Source: Psilocybe cubensis (lineage: Eukaryota). From it: DNA of 64,000 nucleotides. Under the pieces are notes generated by a model that ran no database searches, was not told the DNA's origin, and worked only from the letters and a program-made list of their open reading frames with translations. Location of the stretch: contig CM039000.1 of assembly GCA_017499595.2 (NCBI GenBank), positions 2,542,001 through 2,606,000 on the forward strand, read 5' to 3'. Positions 23,585-37,082 of the stretch are shown one piece after another. A program made the position numbers and the translations under genes. Each line of letters opens with the position of its first letter. Position 1 is the first letter of the stretch.

Positions 23585-25277
23585 TCATACATCAATGAGA
23601 TCCGGCGCGTCAATGCCCAGCGTGCCAGTCTTTGCCCTTTCTAGTTGAGCATCAGCAACACGTCGCCGACCTTCAGCCGCGCTCAAGTCAATAGAGGCCA
23701 TGTCGAGTTCATGCAATGCCCTCTGTAAGCCTTTGACTTGAGTCGAGTCCTGGTGTGCATAAGTCACCCGGAGGGTACGCAGTTTGGCAAGCTGGTGAAG
23801 TATTAGCAAAAAAAATTGACGTGAAGGTAGTTGACCAACCTCCGCTTCCAATGCGATTAGCTCCGGTGAAGGTTTTGGCCGCTCATATTTCGGTATAGTA
23901 GGTAATTTAATTTCGGGTTCACTTTTACCATAACTAGGTTGTCCGGGAACAGGATAAGATCTTCGAGAGTCTCTTCGACCTATCGCATATGTAGGTTGAG
24001 TTGGCAGGCCACGAGGAAAGTTACGTGGTCCTCTGGGAGGAGAACGGCCGGACCGATTTCGTTGAGGGTTTGTGATGGTAGCTCGTTGATGGGGCTGAGG
24101 TGAAGGAGATCTTTTAGAATTGGTTGAAGTTTGGTTCGGTGAATTAACGATATCCATTTTGTTGGAAACGTCTTCTGAGGTTTCAGTTTTGAGGGTGCCC
24201 TTCGAGCCTGCAGGAGAAAATGAGATTATAGATTCTTGCCTTTCTGGTTTGATTTCTTCTGCTTTAAGATGCAATTGGGTACTCGTGTCTGGCAAAGGGG
24301 AGTTCTGTTCCGCCTGTGGAGTCTCGTGTATTGAGGGCTTGGCTTCCTCAGATAATGAAGATTCTGGTACATCTCGAGGAGAGATTAGAATAGGCTGCTC
24401 TTCGAGTTTAACAGTGGGAACTTCTTCAGAGGGTTTCACGTCAACATGTTCTTCTTTTGCTGGGCGTGAAGTATCTCGAGGAGGTTGGCTGCTAGATCGT
24501 GGTAAAGCAAGCGTCGGAGGTCCTTTGTCAATACTCATTGATCTATCCCTCGATCGAGAACGTTTGCGTGGGGAACAAGAACGGGGACTCGTGTTAATAG
24601 AATGGTTTCCTAGCCTTACCCTCCTTGATGGCATCGGTGAACGTCGTGGACTACGAGTCCGTGTTCGGGAGCGAGAGCGTGGCCTTGAGCGGTACGGCGA
24701 AGGAGACCGAAGTGGTGGTCGTCGCCGTGGAGGGGACCGTGAGTCACGGCGACTTGGGCCTACATTATGAATATCATTCTGAGTTATAACTGAGTAACAT
24801 TAGTGTTTGGTGCATTGCGCACCTGGACGGCGAATAGGTGATGCAGGTCTAAGGTCGAGTGCGTAAGAGAACTTATGAAGCTGTTCAGCGGTAATCTTAC
24901 CTTCTGTAAGATCCTCTATCGCGGTCGTATGCGCGTCTCTCTCTGTCAGAAAGCTCCCATTTTCTGGGGCTCCGATCGAAGTCTCTATCTCTTCTTCGAT
25001 CCCTGTCTCTGTCTCTATCCCTGTCAATATCACGGAATCTATCGCGGTCTCGTTCACGGCTGAGGTCCCGACGGTCGCTCTCTCTCCTACTATCTTGCCC
25101 AGGAATATATGTGTCGGGTCTCCGGGAGGGTACATACGACCTGTCTCTTTCTGGTACTGATCGATTTATTCGACTCATAGGTTGGGCAGGGCGGCGATCT
25201 CTGTCACGCTCATCGGGATGCCGACGTTCCTCACGTAGTTTTGGTGGGGTTTCTGGACGTGGAGGAAGATTGGCCAT
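23585..25277 (-). CDS. Hypothetical RD/RS-rich low-complexity protein with C-terminal coiled coil
   Basis: ATG at 25277; RDRDRDR and RSRSRS tracts; SP motifs; C-terminal ALHELDMASIDLSAAEGRR helix; spliceable exons. Confidence 0.75.
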
Positions 25278-25466
25278 GATATTATTGAGAGTTGGAAGTC
25301 GAAGAGGACTAAACTCAAAGTATTCAATTACCTAAAGGTGATGACCTGACCAGCAAATATGTACAAGCACTCCGATCACCTTACCGAAGTCTGCACTTGA
25401 CTTTACACGGTACGTACTTGCCAAAGTCTGCTTTCCACTTCCAACACATTGGCCAACTAATCCGCC

Positions 25467-28140
25467 ATGCTCGACCATTGTTCCATCTCTCATAAAGGCG
25501 AGTATCATTCTTGCAACTTGCGTACTTTAATTGACATCTATTCCAGGAGGAATCGTACTATGGTCTCGATCTTTCACTCCTGACGCTGCACATCTTGCGA
25601 CCTCGTCAGCATCTCCTGTTAATTCTCTTATACGTGAAGCCTTGATAGAGGGGCGTACTACAGAGGAGAAGTATGAGAAAGACGGCTACGCTGTTAAGTG
25701 GACATTTGTAAACGAACTTGAACTTATTTTTGTGGTATGTTTACCGACTAGTAGTATTTATGCTTGGGGTTGGTCCATGTCCTCATTCTGTTCTACCACA
25801 ATAGGTTGCATATCAGCGCATACTGCAGCTAACTTATGTAGACGACCTTCTTGCTGCCATGAAACGACTGTTCATTCAATATTTTGAACCTTTTGTCGCT
25901 TCATTCGTAGCATCGCTGCACAACATAGGTACCATTAAAAATGCAGCTGCCGAAGGTCCGTCTTGGGATTTCGCCAAAGCATTCGAGCGTTGGGACACGC
26001 TTTTCGATAAACTTCTTAAGAGCCTCGAGGAAAAAGCAGCCCAGGTTCGCTTATTTGCCTACGTTTCCAGTATACCGGCGTCATGATCCTTTATAGGACC
26101 GCAAATCTCGCTTGCGTTCAGTTGTACGTCCTGTTGAGGATGTTACCCCTCCTTCAGATGAACCTGATACAGGTTTATATTTTTGCCCTCATCATAATTA
26201 TCTCCCACTGACTTTTACTTACTTACAGTTCCCTCAATTAATCCTGATGTTCCCCAAGACGAGCAACAAATAGCTCGCAATGTCCAGGCTCTAAAGAGTC
26301 GCCTGCGTGGTCGGGGAGGTCGTCGTGTAACTCGGGGACGAGCTGATTTATCGAGTAAAGACAGCCCAGCAGAATCGGAGTAAGCCCTTCAAATACCACA
26401 TCCCAAACCCCGAAGCTCATTGTGACAAGCTCTGATACTCAGTCTAAGCGCAAAGCAAAGGCTAAAGTGCAACGAAAGTGGGGAGACGAACCGGTCACAG
26501 AGTCTGATATGGCGTCGTTGGACTTTAGCTCCGATAAACCGAGTGCTGGTGTCGACATTGGATCGCATGACCTTGAGTCATTAGTTGATAAGTCATCTCT
26601 TGGTCACCGTACCAGCGACGGTCTTTACGAGGTCAAAGATTGGGATTTCTCCAGAGATAAGACAGCAAACGATGCGGACGACGCTATCGCCAGGGCTCTG
26701 AAGCCGTTGGATTCCAGAACTTCAGGAGCTGAGGGATCAATGGGAGCATTCAGCTCCATTTTTGCCCGTTTGACGGGTTCCAAGACCCTGACGCAAAGCG
26801 ATCTTAAACCCGTCCTAGACGCCATGAAGCAACATCTCATGAAAAAGAATGTCGCAAAAGATATCGCTGAGAAAGTCTGTGAAGGCGTTGGTGAGAGCCT
26901 TATCGGGAAAAAGGTCGGAGGATTTCAAAGTAATACAACACCTTTCTTTTCAGTGCTTTGTCTGACTTACTTATAGCACCGTACAATGCATTCCGAACCG
27001 CCCTTTCTACATCGCTGACGCGAATATTGACTCCAAAAACATCCACCGATCTTTTGCTATCTATCAGAACAAAGTTGACTGCGCCTTTGCCGTCTAATCA
27101 AGCACGGATGCCATATAGCATCACCTTTGTCGGTGTAAATGGAGTTGGGAAAAGTACAAACCTCTCGAAAGTATGTTTCTGGCTTATTCAAAACGGATTG
27201 CGCGTTTTGATTGCAGCCTGTGATACCTTCCGGTCAGTTCAAACGGAAATCAAGTCCGTTTTGTATCTAATCAATTGCCATCATATTTGTAGAAGCGGAG
27301 CTGTTGAACAGCTTCGAGTGCATGTTCGAAACCTCAGCATGCTCGGTGTTAATGGGTCGACAAATAGCAAAGGGCGAGTGGAGCTCTTTGAACGAGGGTA
27401 CGGTAAAGATGCTGCTGCTATCGCGCGAGAAGCTATCTTACATGGTTTGTGAATCTTCCACTTGAAAACATAAGTGAACTCATCAACTGAGTAGCAAGAG
27501 ATAACAATTTCGATGTTGTCTTGATTGATACTGCTGGACGAATGCAAGATAACGAGGTACGTAAAATTTGAAACGGCCCACATGGCATATCATTAACGTT
27601 GAACACAATAGCCATTAATGCGGGCGTTGGCAAAAGTATGTCCTGCGATGACCGTGCTGAACCCGTCACTAATCGCGCCATTTTCTTGTTTATATAGTTA
27701 GTTTCCGTCAACAATCCTGACAAGATCATCTTTGTAGGAGAAGCATTAGTGGGCAACGAAGCGGTCGACCAATTAACAAAGTTCGACCGTGCTCTTCGCG
27801 ATTTTTCATCCGCCTCTGGTGCAGGGAATGGTCGCGGAATTGACGGTATGTTGGTCACCAAGTGGGACACAGTAGACGACAAGGTTAACACGCCATCACA
27901 CCGCCCGAGATTTTGACGCTGACAAGAATATCTCTTCTGATTGATCGTGTAGGTTGGAGCGGCTTTATCAATGACCTATGTTACTGGCCAGCCAATCATC
28001 TTCGTTGGATGCGGACAGGTGTGTAGCGTGTAACCCGTTTCCCCATCTTTTAATTGACTTTATTATCGGGATTTCAGACGTATACGGATCTTAGGCAACT
28101 GAGAGTTGCAAACGTTGTGCAAGCTATTTTAAAGGATTGA
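25467..28140 (+). CDS. SRP101: Signal recognition particle receptor alpha subunit
   Basis: KGGIVLW N-terminal longin domain, [47 protein letters not shown]. Confidence 0.95.
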
Positions 28141-28424
28141 TGCCTTCAAAAGTATCTATAAACCTAATGGTCTCAACTCGCAGGATGACCTATATTTATC
28201 TACTGCAACTAGGAAAACAACACTGGGAACTGTATTATAGCACCCTAACTATGAAAAACATTCAAGTTTTTGTGCAGCGTGTATGCTGGTGTGCATTTAC
28301 AAAGGAAAGTGGGAGCAGGATAAATGAAATAAGACATCGCAAATTGGATCCACAATGTTATAAATAATATACTCAAGGCGAAATACGACGAACGGTAGGT
28401 TGCCAACAAAATAGATATGAATAG

Positions 28425-29467
28425 TTAATTGATATCCGATTTTTCGCGTGTTTGATGGAAGTATGATCTGTAGGACTCCTGTGTTCCATGAGATAGTGCA
28501 GTTTCGAAAGGGAAATTGCTGATGGATTGTGCGTCAGCATCGTAAGTGGAGTCGTCTAGATGGCGGAAGCGCGATTCAGAACCGCTCCCGAAGGGTGTAC
28601 CGTATGATCTGATGAACTCTGATGAAGGTGCCATGCGGTTCTTCTTTCGCCGACGAATGGTCCATATCGCGAACAAGAGTAGAAGAATGAAGGTTATGGC
28701 GCCTACAATGCCACCGACGATGGCGCGCACATTAGCGCCCTTGGAAGCGGCGCTTGTTGAGTCGGTCTTGGCGTTATTGATGGACCCTCCGTTCGAAGCA
28801 GAGTTTGTAGACAAAGGCATAAAGAAGCTGGTACTAGTGACATCAATGGTGTATCCATTTTCGTTTGTGGTTGAGAATGTAATTACACTGTAACTTGAGG
28901 AACTTTGATGGGGGGCCGAACTTTCTGGATCAGAATGAGAGGCGATTGGGCTGCTGATGCTGCTGAGACTTGACAACGAGATAGATTCGCTTGGTGTGAA
29001 AGTGGAAGAGCTCCCAAAATTGTTACCGTTGGCCACAGGTGTTGAAGGTAAAGAGGGCGGCTGCACTGATACGGTGGAAGTGGTTACAGCGGAATGCACA
29101 CTAGTTGGACGCATTGTCGCACTGGAAGCCGGTATTGTCTTAGATGTCATCGCTAAGACGCGACTAGTTGTAGTCGTTGTTTTAGACGACTTAGAAGAAG
29201 TAACCTTTGTGGCAGGAGGACAGCCAATATGCCGAGGAAAATCTGGCGAAAGGTCATTAAAGTGTCTAGAACATGAAAAGAATAAACTCACTAGAACAGT
29301 TGATAAATAGCTTGTTTGAGCTACCAGGCCATGCTCTTTTGGATATGAGCTGTCGCACATTTATTAACCAGTCGAGTGCAAATATGAATGATGCTCACCA
29401 CCGAGTCGCGGTCCTCATTAACTTGCCTGAGTGCACCATGTGAGGTTAGTAGATTGTGATTGTACAT
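28425..29467 (-). CDS. Ser/Thr-rich single-pass membrane protein (Mid2/Wsc-like architecture); start uncertain
   Basis: Long S/T-rich segment, TM AIVGGIVGAITFILLLLFAIW followed by RRRKK, cytoplasmic APSSEF. Confidence 0.75.
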
Positions 29468-29651
29468 AGGTTGAAATCAAATGAGTGTGTGGGTTGGAAG
29501 AAGAGATACAGAGCAGCTGAAAGTCTGGATATCAGAAGCAAAGGGGAGGGATAAACATGGATGAGAAAGAAGTGGATTTTGGCGTTGAATGATGGCCAAA
29601 CGCGCCCCATGCATAACTTTAAGGGGGCTTACATCAGCGACGCGGCTTAAT

Positions 29652-30710
29652 ATGCTCCTCTTCCGCAATTCCCATCTGCTCCCCCGTTTGTCCTTTCAGT
29701 ATCGCACAATGAAGGTCGTACCGGTTCCTGTGCGCGAAGATAACTATGCGTACTTGCTCATAGATGAATCTACCAACAAAGCCGCTGCCGTCGATCCGTA
29801 TGATGTTCCAAAGGTCGCGGCAGCCGCCCACGAACATGGAGTCGAAATCGTCGCAGGCATCACCACTCATCACCACTTTGACCATAGCGGAGGTAACAAG
29901 GTCTGTATAGCTCCACGCTGCTTCGAAATGTCCTTGCATGCATGCTGAGCCTTTCCAGGAATTTGTATGTCCTCCAATTGATCATATCTCAGAGGGGTGT
30001 CCAATATATTTCCCAGGCATCCAAGTATCCAGACGCGTTCATTTATGGAGGCAGCGATAAGGTTCCAGCGCTGACGAATCTTGTCAAAGACAAGGATGAG
30101 TTTACGATAGGAAACAATATTCGCGTCAAGTGAATACCACCCATCCATTTATCGATCGTACCGTTCATTCATTCCATGAACCTAGATGCCTGGCAACCCC
30201 CTGTCACACACAAGAGTCAATTTGCTATTACGTCACTGATGCAGTTGAAGGCACTCATCCTGGTGGTGTCTTTACTGGAGACACCCTCTTCATCGCTGGC
30301 TGTGGCCGATTCTTTGAAGGTGTTGGTGCAGAGATGGTCCGAGCTCTCGATTATCTCGAAACACTCCCGCCAAAGACTATCGTCTACAATGGTCATGAAT
30401 ACACAGCTGGCAGCCTGGCATTTGGAAAGCATATCGACCCTGAAAACCCGGCCTTAGCCAGACTTCAAGAAATTACCAGGAACAACAAAATCACCACTGG
30501 GCTAACTACCATTGCAGACGAAAAAGAATGGAATGTGTTTATGCGCCTTGAGAGTGATGCTGTTAGGTTCGTCATAGTCCCTCAACATTCAGGTACAGCT
30601 CCAAACTTACAGAAAATTCGAATAGAAAGGCCACTTCGGCGACCAGTGACACCCCCAAAAGTGCTATTATGGATGCACTTCGAGAACAGAAGAATAAATT
30701 CAAGGGGTAA
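29652..30710 (+). CDS. GLO2: Hydroxyacylglutathione hydrolase (glyoxalase II)
   Basis: DNYAYL, THHHFDHSGGN, TPCHT, FTGDTLFIAGCGRFFEG, GHEYT, EKEWNVFMR. An alternative 3' end to 30773 is described in findings. Confidence 0.95.
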
Positions 30711-30943
30711 GTTCATGGTTAGCATAAGCACCATCAGACATTCCTTGTGCAAGTTCACAGACCCAAATTGTAATCCAAATCCGAAATGAATACATATATA
30801 ATTATGGTAGCAAGTAAAAGCATACATCCGGACCATCTTCGCGCGTGAGCCGATTTTGGGAATCTTCAGAAAGGAACTAGGTACGTGGAAGCGTTGCATA
30901 GTGCAACTCTGGGGATTGTACATTGTCATGTGGGTCGTCCTCA

Positions 30944-31816
30944 TCAGCCTAAGCCAACAGCTTTTGTGACAGCAGCTCGAGCGTAAGGGATATATGACAG
31001 GGTGTACCATGTGTAAGCTAAAAATTCGATGAAGACGAAAACTGTGGACATAAACCATTAGCCCAGGTTAAACTATTCTGTATTTTAAAACCAACTTACT
31101 CAGGCATAGAATCTGATTATTGAGATAGACAAGTTAGCATTAGCACAACTTAATTAGAGAACAAAAACTTACACCGTTGTTCAATACGAAGGCTCCAACC
31201 AAAACGAGGCCGATGGAAGCAATTAATACGATGGAAGCAATTACGCGTACAGGTTTGAACATCTAGAGGTATTGCGTATTGGTGATCTGCGCCACCATTA
31301 GCGCTATACACAAAAACACTCACCAGTTTGGCTTGTTTAAAGAACTGTTGAAATGCCAAAGGTAAATTACCCCCAGAAAAAGAAACAAAGCTAACAAACT
31401 CACTCCAATGAGGAAGCCAGTCCCAATGAGGGATACTATAGTTCCCAGAACGTAGAGGACTAGGTGGTAAGAGTAAGCACTCTATATCATGGACAAAGCA
31501 TAACGACGTACTAGCAAACAAGACCGTCATGCCAAAGATAAAGACCACCGTTCCCAGCAAGCTCAGCACGAACCCAGCGATGAGACTGCATGCGCAACAG
31601 ACAAGGAGAACAACAGGGCAGCCAGTCAGCTATCCACCGGGTTCACCGGAGGAATAAGTTAAGGGTATTGAAAACTCACCAGCCAGCAAAACCATAGAGT
31701 CGCGTAGTCCGTGATAGTCCGAGAGACTTGAACGCTGAGTCACCTTCAAAGAAAGAGGTATCCGGGATGACGCTGGATCCCGACTCGAGATTGAACCACC
31801 CTTTGCCTGGGGCCAT
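30944..31816 (-). CDS. Got1/Sft2-family vesicle transport membrane protein
   Basis: Spliced LSRTTRLYGFAGC, GTGFLIG.FKQAKLMFKPVR, WYTLSYIPYAR; four hydrophobic segments. Confidence 0.88.
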
Positions 31817-32327
31817 ATTGTGTTTTTACTTGATTATTGCTGGTATGAGAATGTAAAGACCTGTTAAAGTGTGTGTATTGCGGTGAAATAAGGCTTTTAC
31901 AGATATTGCTGTGCCAGCAGCGCAAAGTCGCAGGTGGAAAAGGCGAGGCCGCAGCGACTGGGAGTAGCGTTACTTAAAGAGCTCTTAGCTATGCTTACCA
32001 TCAAACACTAAGATAATGTGTCACGTGGCACTCTAGGCTTGGATGTCTGACTTATATTGGAGAGCAAGAAAACAAATAGAATTACGGATGTGATACATGT
32101 CATTTAACGAGTATGAAGCCCCAGGCGCAGCCACAGAACAGAGAAGAAAGCGTTTATATCGGAAGTGTATGAACATCATGAAGTAGAAAGAAGATGGATG
32201 AGCAGTAGGCTCTTTATAGCGTGATCGTAATGGTGAAGAGACGTAGCAAGTCGTAGCAAGATATTGTGCGTGAAGAAAAAAAGGAAGTCTTGTCTCTGGT
32301 CATTGGTCCAGAATTTTTGAACACCTG

Positions 32328-35300
32328 TTAGGCGATCTTGCGGCGTAGACTCTCCTGGATGTCTGACAGTTGCCGTGCAGCTTCGATTGTACCTAACCCA
32401 CCAGGCAAAATGGCCAGACGTTGTTTCGTTGTGTTCAGAGATTGCTGAACAGTGGGAACAACTCGAGGAATGAAATCGGCAATGAGCTTGTCCTAAAGCA
32501 AGTAGCATAAGAATTGGGTTCAACAAAAAAATAGAACACAAAAAAACTAACATCAGGGCGAAGGAGGCTGGCAACCCGTTGAAGCCACCACAAAGAAGAC
32601 TTGAACGTTTCGTCATTCGGAGCAACCTCGCCAACGACCGTAGAGAGCTATTGAAGAAATCAGCCAAATATGAATATGCAAGGTAGGGTGTATATACGCA
32701 CTCTGTGAACAAGTGTTAAAATAACTGCCTGGGACACTAAAGGAGTGCCGTTGAGAGGGAAGACCAAATCTGGATTGGTTCGCGACAGCAGCTCTCGAAG
32801 TTTGTTAGGATCCTGGGAGTGAAGAACTCCGAGATAGCTTTCGTCCCATTGGTCGGGTTTAGGAGGAGGAGTGCGCTCTTGCTGAGACTGGGAGACTGGA
32901 GCCTGAGGCAGCTGGGCGGGATGCGAAGGCTGTGGGGCAGCTATGCTGTTATACCAGGTTTGATGCATCTGAGGCTGCGCTTGGGGTGGAGGAGCAGGTT
33001 GGAATGGGGGGTGTTGCTGTTGGTATGGAGCGACGGGTGGATTGGAAGGAGGAATGTTAGGTTGACGGAGATGTGAAGTGTTCATGGTAGGCTGTTGTGG
33101 CCCAACAGGTTGCCCTCCTGAAGAGCCCTGTACCTGTTGAGGTGGTGGTTGGATGTGATGAAGAGCTTGGGGTCCACTCATGCTCAAAAACTTCATTTGC
33201 TCGGCCATTGTGCGGACAGTGTGCTCCAGGTCACGAATGGTATTCTTTTCAGATAAATGTCAAACAAAGACTCTCAAGCAAAATGGAAAGAACGCACCTC
33301 CTGTCCCCTCAATTGTTCGTTGTGCCATTTGTTTAAGTCGGTCTTGATAGTCGAAATCTCGCTCCTTAACTCGCGAAGAAGGTCTTGGTGCATTGCCGTG
33401 GTTTGTTGAGAGTGGAATTGGAAAAAGTTGGCTGAAAAGACTTCCTTAATATTCCTCTCAATCATCGGCGTCAATGTTGTAGAGATAACATTGGCAAAAT
33501 GATTAGAGATATTCGGACGTAGAAGCAATTTTTCCATTTCGACTGGTAAGCTCTGGAAGAATGGTTAGTAGATAGAAAAAGTGGGAGAGTAACAACATAC
33601 CCTGTTAATGGCGTCGATTAAACCGACGTTAATCTGATCATTGAGAGCGCTCTTGACTTCATTCCTGGTGATAGTCTCCAGCGACGGCAACACAGAATTT
33701 TGGATTTCGTTCTTAACAGCCATTTCAACGACGCGGGTTGTATTTCGCGTCAGCTCAGTCGAAATAAGCTTCAAGATCTTTTCCTGCCGTGCGAAGTCCT
33801 CTGCTTGTTCATGTAGACGAGTCTCCTCAAATCGTTGGTCTAAGAACCCCAAGCATGTAAGTGAGCAACAATAAAGACAGTGAAAACAAAGCATAATACA
33901 CTCACGTTGCTTATCCATTTCTTTGCTGATCAGCTTTCCAATGCGACTGTGCAGATTCTCCTCTGTCTTCTTGATTTCCTTGGACAGTGCCTGACCAAGA
34001 GACGAATCGTTGATGATAGCAGCATCGGTGGGCTTTGACGCTTTTTCCTGGCCTTTCCCAGCATCCTCTTTCTCTTTCCAATTAACGTTTTTGCCTTTAG
34101 CGCCGCCTTTGCTCTTCGCATCCGAGAGCCGCGCTTCTGAGAATTCATTTTCAACATCGTCTGATGTCGGGGTATGATTTCGGGCCGGGGCAAAGGTTCC
34201 AATATTGGGTGGTGCCTGAATAGCGGAAGAAGGAACGGAAGGCAGAGGCTGACGTTGGGTTTTATCGGGAGCGTGACTTTGTGGGAAGGTGATACCAGGG
34301 AGCTTGCTCCTGGCATCGATGAGAGCAGCCTCGAACCATTCCCTACGGATAAGAATTTGGTCCACGCCAGTAGAATGCACCGAAAAGCCGACGAGAGCCA
34401 ACTCTCCTGGAATGACTTTAGCGGCTATACAAGCTGCGTGAGCTTCATCTCCGTGAGGGTCAGCGTCCGCAGTCAAGATGACAAAGTGGATGGTGGGTTT
34501 GATACCACTGAACTCCACCACTTGGTCAATGTACCCGCGCAAATTTTCTTCGTCGCCAATGTACGCATTCTCAAAGCGAACTTTCATCGCAAATAAACTA
34601 TCACGGCGGCTATTGGCTACCCATAGCGTTTGGATGCGTGAATCATAACTGACATGACCAAACATGTCAGCGTCGTCTTGATGACTAGAATTAATAAAGT
34701 TGACTGTGGACAAGACAGTCTTCGTCGTTGCAGACAAGAGTTGGAAAATGGTACCGCTCTTCCTGCCTACGACAATTCCACCCTCTACAAACGTCAAAGA
34801 AGAAGGTATATCGTCACCGCGGATCTTGTTGACGGAGTAGGCCATGCCGTCTTGCATGTTCCAGGTCGCAAGCGTTGAATCTTCTGATATAGCAGCAAGG
34901 GCATAATGTTCAACGTCAAAATCAAAAGCAGCAACAGGCTAAAATGGGATTTTAGTATTCATCAAATAGACCAAGGATCATTGATATTTACGGATGAGAC
35001 GGTAAAGAGGTGCCCGATGTGTTGAAGCTCGTTATGAGGTAAAGGTTGACCATGAAGAGCGGTTGTGTTAGTCAAGTCAATGACATATATCTTGTCATCT
35101 GCTGCAATAGCCAAGGTGTTAGGGTCCTTGGGATGCCATTTTACTGCACGAATAGCATCATGGGGGTCAGTGGTCGGTGGAACACATAGCAAAAGATGAC
35201 CACTGTAGAAAGTAGTAAATAGATGCTCATGATATCACAGGGAAAGATACTTACGGAACATCATCAGTGATGACCTCTGGTAGCTCCCAAACCACAAAAC

Positions 35301-37082
35301 CACCGTCAGAGGTAACCCCCGCTAACCTGTTACCAAAGACCGCCATATCAATAACACTTGCAGTGGGGGAAAATATCTGGGATAATTGGAGCAGAGTTCT
35401 ATCCCCACTAGATCGAGAGATAACCCGGACGCGACCTGGAGGACAAAGTAAAGATATGCCTCGAACTCAATAAAAAAACACGTACCTCTGGTCATGGCAT
35501 AGGCTACCCAATGAGTAGCGCCGATGGTAGTACCAGGCAAAAAAACGGCGTCTTGTTTGACAAGGGCAATTGGTGTCCATTTGACAGAATCTCGCCCTGC
35601 CTGGATATCATCCAAACTTTGGGAAACATCAATGTTGACAACTTGTGAGGGGGGACTGGATCACATTCAGCAAGATGCTGATATTATTTCATAATTGAAG
35701 CGTACCTTGGACTAACAGGCGCTTTATATTTTGCCCCAGTCTTCTGTCTTGCATTGTAATTCGAATTTTGGTTCTGAGGCTGATTTTGGCCTTGATTTGG
35801 AACCTGTCCTCCTCTAGGCCCAGGAGAACCTTCTTTGTCCCGTCGGTTTCCGCTGCTAGTGAAGGAAAGTCCGCTAGAATATGGTGCTTGAACTGAAATG
35901 GTGTTAGCAGGCTGAGGTTGAGAATGGAAATCAATCTGACCTTTAGGAGGTGATGGGTGAGGTGATGAAGTTCGAACAGGAACTCCTGTAGGCTTTGCAG
36001 CGGCAGGAATCGGAGGTAAAGGCGCCCGCACAGGGGATGACGACTGTTCAACCTGAGAGAAATCACCTCCGCTGAGATACGCTTCATAAGCAGGCGGTTG
36101 AGGCGGAAGTTGTTGTGGTTGACCTCGAGTGAGGTTTTCTAGTAAGTTTTCGACTGATTGCCTCTTTGGATCAACGACGTTGGTCCAAGATCCAGAATCT
36201 TCGTTTCCACTCGAGATGGCGGAGGGTTGGGGAGGAACGGGCTTCTTCTTGACAGAAGTTGAAATGTGATCAAACACAGAAGAAAATTCAAATATCGATC
36301 TACGTGGGGACGGGGGATCTTGAGCGGGTTGTGGAAGCGGAGGAGGAGGAGGTTGCTGTTGTTGAATTGGTTGTACAGGTTGAGGAAGAGTTTGAACTCT
36401 GGGAGAAGTTTCGTTGGAGTGTTCATATTGGTTGAAATTGCGGTAGTCATCGCGTTGAGAGTATGGTGGAGACGGCGCGGCTTGTTGCGTGTTGGTTCTT
36501 TGGGTATCTGAGTAGGTCGTTGACCGCGAAGAACTTCTAGATAAGCATCGATATGCATGAGAATGAGTACAAGATGCATCGTTAAAAAGAAGATACTCAC
36601 CCGCTCATCATCTGCTCCAATATTTTCTGTGTGTCGTTTCCTGATGGTGACGCATTCGAGCGTTGCGACGAACCAGGGGGCGTTGGGACCTGCTGAGGCG
36701 CCTGTGATGGCCCTTGCTGCGGCTGCTGCGATACCGGAGGGCGGGTGGTAGCTGCTGGACCACCAATCAGCGAGAGCAGCGCGTTCTGTCTTTCCGCGAC
36801 AGAGCCAGCGTTGGGCGATGAACGGGTAGCAGTTTCGTCGGCCAACAAGCCGGGGTTGATTGCGGGCGATTCATATGGTTCCGGGGCATGGGGTTCGGGG
36901 AGAGTGGGCTGATGGTCTGCAGGTGCTGGAGCAGTTATGTTCTGGAAGAGAGTGTCGATGATGCTGGGGGTTGAACTGCTCGCTGCCGAACGGACTGAAG
37001 GGTATTGGGGCAGAGGCTGCTGTGCTGGGGGAGTTGAGTTTCTGGAGAAAAGAGTTTCATGCAAATTGGCGCGATTGTCCAT
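32328..37082 (-). CDS. Enhancer of mRNA decapping 4 (EDC4/Ge-1/Pdc1-like)
   Basis: Disordered N-terminus, WD40 propeller (VKWHP), long helical/coiled region and a C-terminal domain with PLVSQAVILTLVHRL and WWLQ, as in the Ge-1 C-terminus. Confidence 0.8.

Noticed and set aside
24120-24770. 216-aa plus-strand ORF, and similar antisense ORFs at 1243-1728, 28546-29310 and 51152-51697
   Set aside because: Shadow frames opposite real coding exons, with no independent protein features.
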